In this document: positions 22,455 through 30,655 of the stretch, in pieces
How the letters are laid out: each line of letters begins with the position of its first letter
Numbering within the stretch: position 1 is the first letter of the stretch
Source: Pseudobacteriovorax sp.
GTDB lineage: Bacteria > Bdellovibrionota_B > Oligoflexia > Oligoflexales > Oligoflexaceae
Direction: 5' to 3'
NCBI GenBank assembly: GCA_050293845.1
Contig: JBNKNM010000032.1
Location: 1 to 39,645, forward strand
Length of the DNA: 39,645 nucleotides
Position numbers and translations under genes: made by a program
The notes under the pieces: model-generated
What the model was told of the DNA's origin: nothing
Databases searched by the model: none
The model's input: only the letters and a program-made list of their open reading frames with translations

Positions 22455-23858
22455 ATGAATTTTAAACCTATAAAGCAAGGTCTTAGCACCCTCTCTAGTA
22501 CAGTCGTTTTACTGTGGGTAACATCCACAACACCCCTAGCTGCTCAGAACTTTGAAGTTCACGGTTACTTGAGAGCTGGGACTAATTACAGCGATGGATT
22601 GACAAAGGGTGTCTGTTACAAGGAGCAGGTGTCGGCTATCGGAAACCCGGGGCGCTTTGGTAACGAGTGTGATAATTTATTCGAAATAGTAACCAAGTCC
22701 TATTTGTATGGAAGTGGGGAGATGAAAACGAAGCCTTGGGTTGCCTTGAATATTACAGGGCAGCTGTTTTACGATGGCGATAAGTCTGAAGAATTTGTTT
22801 CTGGTGACAATGTGGGTCGAACCTGGTCAGGTAATGAAACGATTTTTCACTTTCCCAACACCTATGTTGAAATGGGAGGCATGGCCGGTGATGCCGTTAT
22901 GTGGATCGGTAGGCGATGGTATCGCAGAATTTTTTTCTTCCAAACTGATGTCTTCACGCTAAATAATAACGGTAATGGTTTTGGCATGTATGACATCGGA
23001 GTCGGGCCAGGAAAGCTGCATCTAGCATTATTACGCCGCATTGAAAATCAAGAACAAACGGATACTGAAGGTAATACTAGTGTAGTTTCAGGTCCTGTTT
23101 ATAACACCTTCGATGCTCGCTATTCGACAAGCTTTGGCCCTTTACCCGTGGACATCATTTACCTCCACCAAGAAACTGGTACCAACGATGCTTATGGTCA
23201 AAATAACATTGACTATGATCGTGCTACCGGTGATTTGTTTGCCTTGTTTTCCGAATACTATGGTTCGTTCTCCAATAGGGCATATATTGGTTATGGAGTA
23301 GGGTTGTTTGGTCAAGGAGGTACAAGCCACATTGGTGCTGGTCATCTGAATTACTCTGGATTCGGTCTAACCAAAACAGAATGGTCTGCTAAGCGAGATG
23401 CGCGCTCCCTCAGATTTATCAATGAAAGTGGTTTTAATCTTATTTCTAATCTACTCAGTTTAAACTTGAGTTTTCTTTACTCTCAAATCAAAGATGTCGT
23501 GTTGGAATCACAAGAGGGAAATACAACATCATATATCAATGTCGATGGCGATAATTACTCTATAGGTGTTAAACCACAGCTCTTTTTAGGAAAGTATCTT
23601 TCATTAGTCCTTGACCTGGCACATACAACTCAGTCTCGGGATGATTATAGTAAGACTCACCGGCTTAACAAGGGCACCGTCGGAGCTGTCATTAAACCAC
23701 AGTTGGCAAGTGCTCCAGGGGCAGCAGAATTCAGGCTGTATGCTACACGTGCCAACTGGGATACCGATGGTAATTATCCTGGCGACAAGGGTGGGGATGA
23801 TTACGCTGAAAAGGGTTCTGGAAATACCTACGGTGTTCAAGTAGATGTATTCTGGTAA
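22455..23858 (+). CDS. LamB/maltoporin-like carbohydrate porin
   Basis: Signal peptide, FEVHGYLRAG, GRFGNECD, WIGRRWYRR, EFRLYATRANW, C-terminal YGVQVDVFW. Confidence 0.88.
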   Translation: MNFKPIKQGLSTLSSTVVLLWVTSTTPLAAQNFEVHGYLRAGTNYSDGLTKGVCYKEQVSAIGNPGRFGNECDNLFEIVTKSYLYGSGEMKTKPWVALNITGQLFYDGDKSEEFVSGDNVGRTWSGNETIFHFPNTYVEMGGMAGDAVMWIGRRWYRRIFFFQTDVFTLNNNGNGFGMYDIGVGPGKLHLALLRRIENQEQTDTEGNTSVVSGPVYNTFDARYSTSFGPLPVDIIYLHQETGTNDAYGQNNIDYDRATGDLFALFSEYYGSFSNRAYIGYGVGLFGQGGTSHIGAGHLNYSGFGLTKTEWSAKRDARSLRFINESGFNLISNLLSLNLSFLYSQIKDVVLESQEGNTTSYINVDGDNYSIGVKPQLFLGKYLSLVLDLAHTTQSRDDYSKTHRLNKGTVGAVIKPQLASAPGAAEFRLYATRANWDTDGNYPGDKGGDDYAEKGSGNTYGVQVDVFW

Positions 23859-23884
23859 TTCTCTTAACTACTTTAAAATTATGC

Positions 23885-23905
23885 GTAGCCCGTTCTTCGG
23901 GCTGC
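23885..23905 (+). terminator. Terminator-like hairpin after the porin (no U-tract)
   Basis: GTAGCCCG-TTCTT-CGGGCTGC, 26 nt after the stop; the IS remnant follows directly. Confidence 0.5.
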
Positions 23906-23909
23906 AAAC

Positions 23910-24172
23910 CCCCTTCTTGTAGACACTACTACTGACTTCAAGTGTAAAAAGTGTGATTTCCGTTTTCCCAGAGACCTGCAATCAACATTAAACTTTATGA
24001 AACGATATGAACCAGCCCTGTGGCAGGGCTTTTCTGGAAATCTTCCCGATAGTAGCAGGAAACTAGCGTGCTCGATTCTCCTGCAAACCTAAAGTAAGCG
24101 TGGCTCACGTGACCATGCTTCGGACATCCTAACTACAGGATGCTTTCGACTTCAGTCGAGAGAGGATGTCAC
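23910..24172 (+). mobile_element. tnpB: IS200/IS605-family tnpB 3' remnant with right end (reRNA region)
   Basis: Frame without a start reads FKCKKCDFRFPRDLQSTLNF...CSILLQT* (stop 24090-24092), i.e. the second Zn-finger CxxC and RuvC-III RD of TnpB. It is followed by hairpin CTTTCGAC-TTCA-GTCGAGAG and AGGATGTCAC end. Left boundary approximate. Confidence 0.8.
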
Positions 24173-24173
24173 T

Positions 24174-24365
24174 CCTTCTGCATCCAATTTCATGATCAAC
24201 TATCGGATTGACGATATGAATGAATTATTAGCTCAGCTTAAGAGTTCAGGAGTTGAAATAATAAAAGGACCTGAATCTCACGAAAATGGCAAATTTGCGT
24301 GGATTATGGACCCTGAGGGCAATAAGGTAAAGTTATGGGAGCCTAAACTTCGGGAAGAGAAGTAA
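24174..24365 (+). pseudogene. 3' half of a VOC/glyoxalase family gene, truncated at the IS right end
   Basis: PSASNFMINYRIDDMNELLAQLKSSGVEIIKGPESHENGKFAWIMDPEGNKVKLWEP...*; the N-terminal half is absent. Confidence 0.85.
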
Positions 24366-24545
24366 GTAGCGCATGTATACTCTGCTTCAATGAGAAGTTT
24401 TTTTGCCATCCTGTGACGCAATGAAAGTCAGTTGGTTCTTCTTGGCAGTTAAGAAACTGCTATTAATTTGTTTTAATGATAGTTCTTGGATAGCGCAGGG
24501 TTGTACGGTAGTTCACATAGCTACTATTCAAAGCAAGATGTATAA

Positions 24546-24875
24546 TGGTGCTCCGGGCCAGACTTGAACTGGCACGTCCTTACGGACGGGAGATTTTCTT
24601 ACCTACTATGGCTTTCGCCACCAGTAAAACTGCTTGGGGTCTGGACTTTCTCTTCATCATACTCTCCAAAGAAAGCTTAGATGTCTGCCGTCAAGTCTCT
24701 ACACGTTCACCATCTATCGATGGAGCTTCGCTCGGGATTGCCATGAATGTACTTCGAAGGTTTCCCCGAATTTGACAGATTCTACTCTCATGATTTCCCA
24801 TGAGGCACTCAAATTCAATCGCTACTGCGACTCTGCGTTTAAGTCTCCTGTGTCTACCAATTCCACCACCGGAGC
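24546..24875 (-). tRNA. trnL: tRNA-Leu(UAA), split by a group I intron (exons 24875-24841 and 24597-24546; mature 87 nt)
   Basis: Acceptor stem GCTCCGG/CCGGAGC-A-CCA, D-loop TGGAATTGGTAGACA, anticodon arm GGAGA-CTT^AAAA-TCTCC, long variable arm, GTTCAAG T-loop. Confidence 0.95.
24598..24840 (-). ncRNA. Group I intron (IC3-like), 243 nt, no homing endonuclease ORF
   Basis: Follows U and ends in G; P1 GACUU/GAGUC with U.G at the splice site; core P AAATTCGGGGAAAC, Q AATCCCGAGC, R GTGTAGAGACTTGA, S AAGAGAAAGTCC. Confidence 0.93.
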
Positions 24876-25083
24876 ACTATTATACATCTCTTTTCAAAGA
24901 ACGGTTTGATATCATCAGACATCAAAGTATTTGCTAATTTTGGCTGCACTTTGTAGTTACCGATTTACTCATTATACCATAGATATCCCAAGTAAAAACA
25001 GTAGGTTGCCTAAATGCAAAACCGGTACTAGCAACCGGGGTAATCGTAACCAAATTCGAGATTAAACCAATTTCAGTTACTTA

Positions 25084-25151
25084 GGAGATTTTACTTTTGG
25101 GTATTCCCAAATTTTCAAGTCCCCTGTGTCTACCAATACCACCACGCGAGC
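25084..25151 (-). pseudogene. Degenerate tRNA-Leu 5' half (copy of exon 1 plus reconstituted anticodon arm)
   Basis: 25151-25117 matches exon 1 at 31/35 nt; then a 24-nt insert and AAAATCTCC; no T-arm or 3' acceptor strand visible. Confidence 0.75.
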
Positions 25152-25388
25152 ATTGGACGTGTATCTTTTGGTAGCTTCCCGGTTGGGAAGTTGGAATCTA
25201 CCACAACAGATCAAGATTGCAAGAAAAATTAGATCGGTTTGGAAAAAAAGACGAGCCCATAAGTTCCCATGATCATTGGTGCTGACTAAAAAACGTTCAC
25301 AAATGCGACAAAATATATTGCTAGGCTAGAGTGGTTGTTCCTAAGGGGACTTTTTTGTTACATCAATACCATGAGTGCCACTTCACAT

Positions 25389-26117
25389 TCACGATAAAAA
25401 CCTCTGCAAAACAAGAACTAAAGGGAGTAGTAAAAGCACGAGCACGCTTCTGGAAGTTTTCGTCGTTAAGCCGGTCACTCCGCAGCTAATGATTTCCTGG
25501 GATGGCTCTAGATCCTCGTTGGGATATAAATAAGTCAGTCCTGCAATGTCATCAGCACCTAGGCGGAGGGCCAGATCTCTTCTTAGATATCCCATAATAG
25601 CATCGGGGTCACTGTGATTGTGACCTAGGCCCAGGCAGTGACCGATCTCGTGGACCAGAATAAAGGCTAAGGTGTTGGCTGAGGCTCTGCGATTGTTAAG
25701 AGAAATGTCACAATCATAGATAATCCCGTCTTCATATAATGGCAGCGCGGCGGCAGCTGCGACAGAATTCAAGTTGCCTATAGCTATGGTGTGGGTGCTA
25801 TCGTTGCGATCTATCTCCGCTGTTGCATCCATGGTGAAGTTAAATGTTATATAGCTTGTAGAAACCCGAGCCCAGGTATTGAAAGCCACTTCCACAATTT
25901 TCAGAAAGAACTCTTCATCGTCCAAATCTTGGAAGATACCATTAAGAAATAGATGCTTATTATAAAGTTCAGGGAATTCATCGCTTACGATAAAGCTGAC
26001 GGTGGGTGCTGCTGATGAAATATCTAATTTAGCCTTGCTGGGGCCACTGATCAAAACAAATGCGCTGGCCGGGACGGAGTAAAAAATAGCCGTTACAATT
26101 AGCAATACTAAAACCAT
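25389..26117 (-). CDS. Matrixin-family (M10/metzincin) zinc metalloprotease with signal peptide and C-terminal membrane anchor
   Basis: HEIGHCLGLGH, AIM Met-turn, DDIAGLTYLYP, C-terminal SCG...hydrophobic helix + R. Confidence 0.9.
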   Translation of the reverse strand: MVLVLLIVTAIFYSVPASAFVLISGPSKAKLDISSAAPTVSFIVSDEFPELYNKHLFLNGIFQDLDDEEFFLKIVEVAFNTWARVSTSYITFNFTMDATAEIDRNDSTHTIAIGNLNSVAAAAALPLYEDGIIYDCDISLNNRRASANTLAFILVHEIGHCLGLGHNHSDPDAIMGYLRRDLALRLGADDIAGLTYLYPNEDLEPSQEIISCGVTGLTTKTSRSVLVLLLLPLVLVLQRFLS

Positions 26118-26554
26118 TTATAAAACCCCAAACGCAGTATATAGGGGCTGATCAATGTCCCTCTTCTGGTCAAACCAAGACTTTGACTATACTCAAGATT
26201 AAGAGCATAACCGGCATCCGTACGGAATAGCTCCATACCAAATATGGCATAAGGCCCTGCTCCTAATCCGTTGGCATCGATGATCAAGCCTCCTCCTAGC
26301 TCTAACAATGATCCCCAACTGCCGTAATAGCGCTTTCCTAAAGTAAGTCCGGATATGTTGATATTAAAGCTCATGAGCTGTTGTGTCAGGTAGGTAAAGC
26401 CCAAGTCGGTACTTCGCGGAGGGATGCCGAGGCTATTAGGACCCCCGGATCCCGTAGAAGTTGAACCTGCTTGAACTCCCAAAGCGTTAGCAAATACTGA
26501 ACTAGGGGTCATCAAAAAAAATAAGCCAGCTAAAAAGTAGTACACTATTACCAT
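26108..26554 (-). CDS. Small hypothetical outer-membrane beta-barrel protein
   Basis: Signal peptide (VFA), Gly/aromatic alternating strands, C-terminal LGFYKWF; ATG 26554 overlaps the upstream gene stop. Confidence 0.65.
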   Translation of the reverse strand: MVIVYYFLAGLFFLMTPSSVFANALGVQAGSTSTGSGGPNSLGIPPRSTDLGFTYLTQQLMSFNINISGLTLGKRYYGSWGSLLELGGGLIIDANGLGAGPYAIFGMELFRTDAGYALNLEYSQSLGLTRRGTLISPYILRLGFYKWF

Positions 26555-27117
26555 GCCCAACCACCTTGTACGGATATGCTTTGGCGCCTCGCTGTCGTGA
26601 GTAGCAAAGATGCATATCCTGCCGGATAGAGATGGCTTTCCCAACTCAATCGCCATAAAGGCGACCACGGACTCCAGTATAGACCCAAGGCAAGTCCCCA
26701 GGATTCAAAGCTATAACTTGCAGCGGAAAAATCCTCTATGGGTAATGTCATGGATTTTTTCATGTAACTGGGACCTATACTGCCACGTAACCATTTAAGC
26801 TTCATATAAGGAAACGAATATCCTAAGCTGGTGATATGGGATCTTGAGCGAATGCGATCGATATCCTGTCCGTAGTAATAGCTATTGAGTATTAAATTTT
26901 CCCATTCTAGGGCAAGGCTGATAGCAGGCCTTTGGCGATCGTCTCCCTCCTCCATACTGGTAATACCAAAGAGAACTTTACCTCCATAGCTTGTGTCAGG
27001 ACTAAGCAAAAGAACTAAGCAACTGAGAAGTATCCGCCGATAGAAGAGTCGAAGTAAAGGATGGTGTCCTTCAAGGATAGTAATGTTCAATAATTTACGA
27101 TCGTTAAGGTTTGTCAT
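26548..27117 (-). CDS. Hypothetical outer-membrane beta-barrel protein (start uncertain, 27090-27117)
   Basis: Hydrophobic signal-like segment, amphipathic strands, C-terminal GGWAW; the ORF-track extension to 27231 overlaps the HD-GYP gene and is unlikely. Confidence 0.6.
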   Translation of the reverse strand: MTNLNDRKLLNITILEGHHPLLRLFYRRILLSCLVLLLSPDTSYGGKVLFGITSMEEGDDRQRPAISLALEWENLILNSYYYGQDIDRIRSRSHITSLGYSFPYMKLKWLRGSIGPSYMKKSMTLPIEDFSAASYSFESWGLALGLYWSPWSPLWRLSWESHLYPAGYASLLLTTARRQSISVQGGWAW

Positions 27118-28105
27118 GTTTAATAAAAATCCACTGATAGATGAAAGTATTGAAAATCTTCGACCTCTCGATGTGACTGCACTCAAAGGGTGTGTTACGG
27201 ACTTTGATTTATTTTTAGACATAGCGGGCAAGCCAGTTCTTTATGCACGGGGCTATTATGAATGGTCGCCTGCAGAAATCGAAAAGCTTAATCACGATGG
27301 GTTTAGTGTGCTCTTTTACGAGAAAGTCAATCACGATAAGGTGAATCATTTGCGAAGTGCGCGCCCTATGGAAGTAGGAAGCATGATTATGGAGTATCAG
27401 GACGGTGACACGAAGATTGTCGATGAAATTATAGATGGTTATCGCGTTTGGCTTGAAAAAATAGGCTTGCAAGGTGAACTCCAGACAAAAGCACTTGCGG
27501 TTACAGAACATCTGGAAAACACAATCACAATGGACAGTCGCATTGTGAAAGGGTTTATTGAACTTAGCCAGCATGATTCTTATTCATTTTACCATAGCAT
27601 TCGTACGGCTGCCTACGGGGCTGCTATTACGCTGGAAATGGGCTCTACTACTGATGAGCAGCATCTTCTTGATCTGGTCTATGGCTGTCTTCTCCACGAT
27701 CTAGGTCATGTTAAAATCGACCCTGCCATATTAGAAAAGCAAGGTAGTTTAACTGCTAGTGAGTGGGCTGAAATTCGCCAGCATTCTCGCTATGGTATTG
27801 AAATTCTAGAGGATATTCCTCTGAGCAAAATAACAGCAGAAATCATTCTCCATCACCATGAGAGAGAGGATGGCGAGGGCTACCCCCATGCCCTCAAAGG
27901 TAAGGAACTGATTCAGGAAGTACGGGTTGTCGCATTTTGTGACGTATTTGATGCTTTAACCAGCCCGCGACCTTACCAGAAACAAATGGCGTTTGAAGAT
28001 GCCTTTGAGTTTATTGAAAAAAACCTTTTGGAGTTTGTTGATAATAAATCATTTCAAGCTCTTGCAAGGATTTACCGCAAAGCTAACATCAAAGCTATTG
28101 TGTAA
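27083..28105 (+). CDS. HD-GYP cyclic-dinucleotide phosphodiesterase
   Basis: HS, LLHDLG, HHHEREDGEGYP, DVFDALTSPRPY. Confidence 0.92.
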   Translation: MFNNLRSLRFVMFNKNPLIDESIENLRPLDVTALKGCVTDFDLFLDIAGKPVLYARGYYEWSPAEIEKLNHDGFSVLFYEKVNHDKVNHLRSARPMEVGSMIMEYQDGDTKIVDEIIDGYRVWLEKIGLQGELQTKALAVTEHLENTITMDSRIVKGFIELSQHDSYSFYHSIRTAAYGAAITLEMGSTTDEQHLLDLVYGCLLHDLGHVKIDPAILEKQGSLTASEWAEIRQHSRYGIEILEDIPLSKITAEIILHHHEREDGEGYPHALKGKELIQEVRVVAFCDVFDALTSPRPYQKQMAFEDAFEFIEKNLLEFVDNKSFQALARIYRKANIKAIV

Positions 28106-28175
28106 TGGAAACGATTTATGACGACATTTCCAAGACTTTTCCTTAGAATCCGAATAGTTGTCTTGGAGGTGTGGA

Positions 28176-28895
28176 TTGAATTGCTGCAAACAATGGTATT
28201 TATTTGTTATTTTGTTTTACATGATGCCGCTAAAGAGTCATGCTGAGCCAGTTGACATCTCAGGTGAGCAGAACCTTGAGGAAACTTCGGAATTAGGATC
28301 TCAAGATCTTTTAGATCTTTCCCAGTACGAACTCATTAGGAGCAGTAAGGGTGGTATTGGCATAGGAGGGGGAGCAAACGCCCCATGGCAGCTTTACAGT
28401 CTGTCGGTTTTTTGGCCGCATTCTAAAAGCAGGCACTGGAATGTTTCCATCGGTGGTGGTGATTTCACATTATCCTCTAAAACGGGAGGTAAAACTGTAA
28501 ATATTGAGACGGTTAGCCGCAGCTTCTTGTTTAGTTCGCGACACTATTTTACAGAGTTTGCACCATTTTTCTATGAGCCTTTACTTGGTCTGAGTTTTTG
28601 GGATGGAGACATCAGACCCCAGGGAAGCGATAGTGTTATCGATACGGCAGCAAGCTCGCTATCAAGCGACTTTAGTCACAGAGGGATCACTCTGGGATTT
28701 AAAACCGGTATCCAATGGTGGTTTCAGGATCATTTTGTGTTAGAGCTAGCCATTTTGCAGTTTTCCTACTCCTTTCTCATTCAGGAATCGTACACAAACA
28801 ATACCCATGATGTTCGTCAAAGTGTTCGGGAGCAGCTGCAAGGGCCAGTTTCTTGGTCGGGAATCAACCTGAAGCTAGCGTATAGCTTGCGTTAG
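28176..28895 (+). CDS. Hypothetical outer-membrane beta-barrel protein
   Basis: GGAGG RBS before TTG 28176, signal peptide (SHA), amphipathic beta-strands, C-terminal LKLAYSLR. Confidence 0.7.
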   Translation: MNCCKQWYLFVILFYMMPLKSHAEPVDISGEQNLEETSELGSQDLLDLSQYELIRSSKGGIGIGGGANAPWQLYSLSVFWPHSKSRHWNVSIGGGDFTLSSKTGGKTVNIETVSRSFLFSSRHYFTEFAPFFYEPLLGLSFWDGDIRPQGSDSVIDTAASSLSSDFSHRGITLGFKTGIQWWFQDHFVLELAILQFSYSFLIQESYTNNTHDVRQSVREQLQGPVSWSGINLKLAYSLR

Positions 28896-29854
28896 CTCGC
28901 TAATTGTTTGCGTGAAGCGATTAGATTCTTTCCAGAATGCTTTGCTTTCGATAAGTTTTGTTCGGCATCAATAAGCAGTTCTTGGATATTCGATAAGTTT
29001 GATTTGCGCGGATGGAAATAGCCAAGGCCCTGGGAAATAGTAATCTTGCGTCTTTGATAATCAGGGCCATAGTATTTATCGGTGACACAGTCTTTGACTC
29101 GTTTTGCCAGTACGAGGGCTCCCGTTTCATTGGTTTCTGGCAGAATACAAATAAACTCCCCTCCCCAGCTACGTCCCAGTAGATCCCCTGTTCTTAACAA
29201 ACCTTTCAAGTCAGAACCCAGTTGTTGGATAATTTTTATGCAGGTCTTTGGGCCTTCCAGGTGACTGATTCCAATGAATTCGTCGATACTGATGAGGAGG
29301 ATGGTAAGAGGTATGTCGAAGCGATTTGATCGTTGAAACTCAGCTTCCAAAAGAATATTCATATAGGGCAGATTGTAAAGTCTGGTAATACTATCTTGGG
29401 ATTCCAATTCCCTGACCACACCTTGGGTAACAGCTAGTTTCGATTTTAAACCACGGACAGCGTCTTCTAATCTCTTAATGCGCAGTGAAACCAGACAGTA
29501 TTTCTCAAGAGTTTGCTGAACTTGAGAGCTGTTAAGGATAAAGTCAGCTCGCGTTAACTCCTGTAACTGAGATATATCTTTGCAGTCTTCCGATGCGATA
29601 ACTATAATAGAAAAATAATGATGAGCAACATTGTCATTACGGATACCGTTAGCAATTTCAATTGCCGAGGAGTCGATAATTTTTTCGTCAATAACTATGA
29701 CCTCGGGATCGAAATCATCTATTAAATCGAAAGTACTATCGAGGGTTGAGGATGTTTGGGTGATATATTGCTTAGTTAGTAACTGGTGATAGGTCATAAG
29801 GTTTTCTGCCGAGTTGGCAATAATCAGGCAACGACCCAGCTTTCCGTTTCCCAT
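28892..29854 (-). CDS. REC-coiled coil-GGDEF protein with degenerate active site
   Basis: DSITRLYN, SIDEF, RTGD I-site, GRSWGGEF in place of GRxGGDEF, AKHSGKN; GAGG RBS before ATG 29854. Confidence 0.9.
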   Translation of the reverse strand: MGNGKLGRCLIIANSAENLMTYHQLLTKQYITQTSSTLDSTFDLIDDFDPEVIVIDEKIIDSSAIEIANGIRNDNVAHHYFSIIVIASEDCKDISQLQELTRADFILNSSQVQQTLEKYCLVSLRIKRLEDAVRGLKSKLAVTQGVVRELESQDSITRLYNLPYMNILLEAEFQRSNRFDIPLTILLISIDEFIGISHLEGPKTCIKIIQQLGSDLKGLLRTGDLLGRSWGGEFICILPETNETGALVLAKRVKDCVTDKYYGPDYQRRKITISQGLGYFHPRKSNLSNIQELLIDAEQNLSKAKHSGKNLIASRKQLAS

Positions 29855-29955
29855 TTTTTCCTCAAATTCCAAGTGTTAGCTAGATTTTTTTCGGAAGATT
29901 TAGGCAAAGGTTTAGGATTTCTAAGGGAGATGTCTAGCATCTCCCAAATATTCAA

Positions 29956-30384
29956 TTAGTGTAAGTAGCGTTCCCGAAAGGGGCGGATGGCGGCTTCAAG
30001 CTTAATGACATCACTGGCATCAATGGAGTCGTCCAGGTTGAAATGACTAGGATTGCTATAAAATATTGGAGTGGGCCAGTGTTGGCGACGATGTTTTGCT
30101 TTTCTCTTTGATTTGCAACGATGAAGCTGGGCTTCGATTTTGCCACAAAGAATATCGATAGCACTATACATGTTATCACTAGATGCTTCGGCGAAAACAC
30201 GATTACCATTGGGGGCTGTAAGGCTACAATGTATCGAATGTTGGCTACCATCTAGGTAAAACGTCAGATGAATTTTTTCTGGAGCCCCAATGTACTTACA
30301 GATACGGTCGGAGAGTTTGCGTTGTGCAAGGGATTTGAGAGATTCGCTAGTGTCCATTTTCCTAAAATAGAACAGAAAATCCAT
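29956..30384 (-). CDS. raiA: Ribosome hibernation factor HPF/RaiA family protein
   Basis: FRKMDTSESLK, AEASSDNMYSAID..KIEAQL..K pattern; GAGG RBS before ATG 30384. Confidence 0.8.
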   Translation of the reverse strand: MDFLFYFRKMDTSESLKSLAQRKLSDRICKYIGAPEKIHLTFYLDGSQHSIHCSLTAPNGNRVFAEASSDNMYSAIDILCGKIEAQLHRCKSKRKAKHRRQHWPTPIFYSNPSHFNLDDSIDASDVIKLEAAIRPFRERYLH

Positions 30385-30655
30385 ACGGCACCTCATAAAA
30401 ACGATATTAATGCTCGTTTTGGGAAAAAGATTCCCAAAGCTAAGGTGAATGTCAGGCGCCTTGACTTGCCTCTATATGAGCATAGATTTCAATTTGATGC
30501 GATTAGAAATTTTTCTCAATTGGTACATTTGCTTGGTACAGAAATGTAGGAAGAGGAAAGACCTCTTCCCGTGAGCCACTTTTAAAAATAGAATTCAATA
30601 TAGTGATTTCAGATAAGTATTTGCTCTCAGCTAATAATGTTGCTGCATATTCTGT

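Noticed and set aside
24508..24519. GTAGTTCACATA, identical to the end junction of the IS remnant at 7455
   Set aside because: Only 12 nt and no subterminal hairpin; cannot be separated from chance
24545..24909. Two plus-strand ORFs (76 and 91 aa)
   Set aside because: Antisense to the tRNA and group I intron; no endonuclease motifs
24876..25116. Integrated genomic island between tRNA-derived direct repeats
   Set aside because: Only ~240 bp separate the copies, there is no integrase, and the duplicated part is the 5' rather than the usual 3' end
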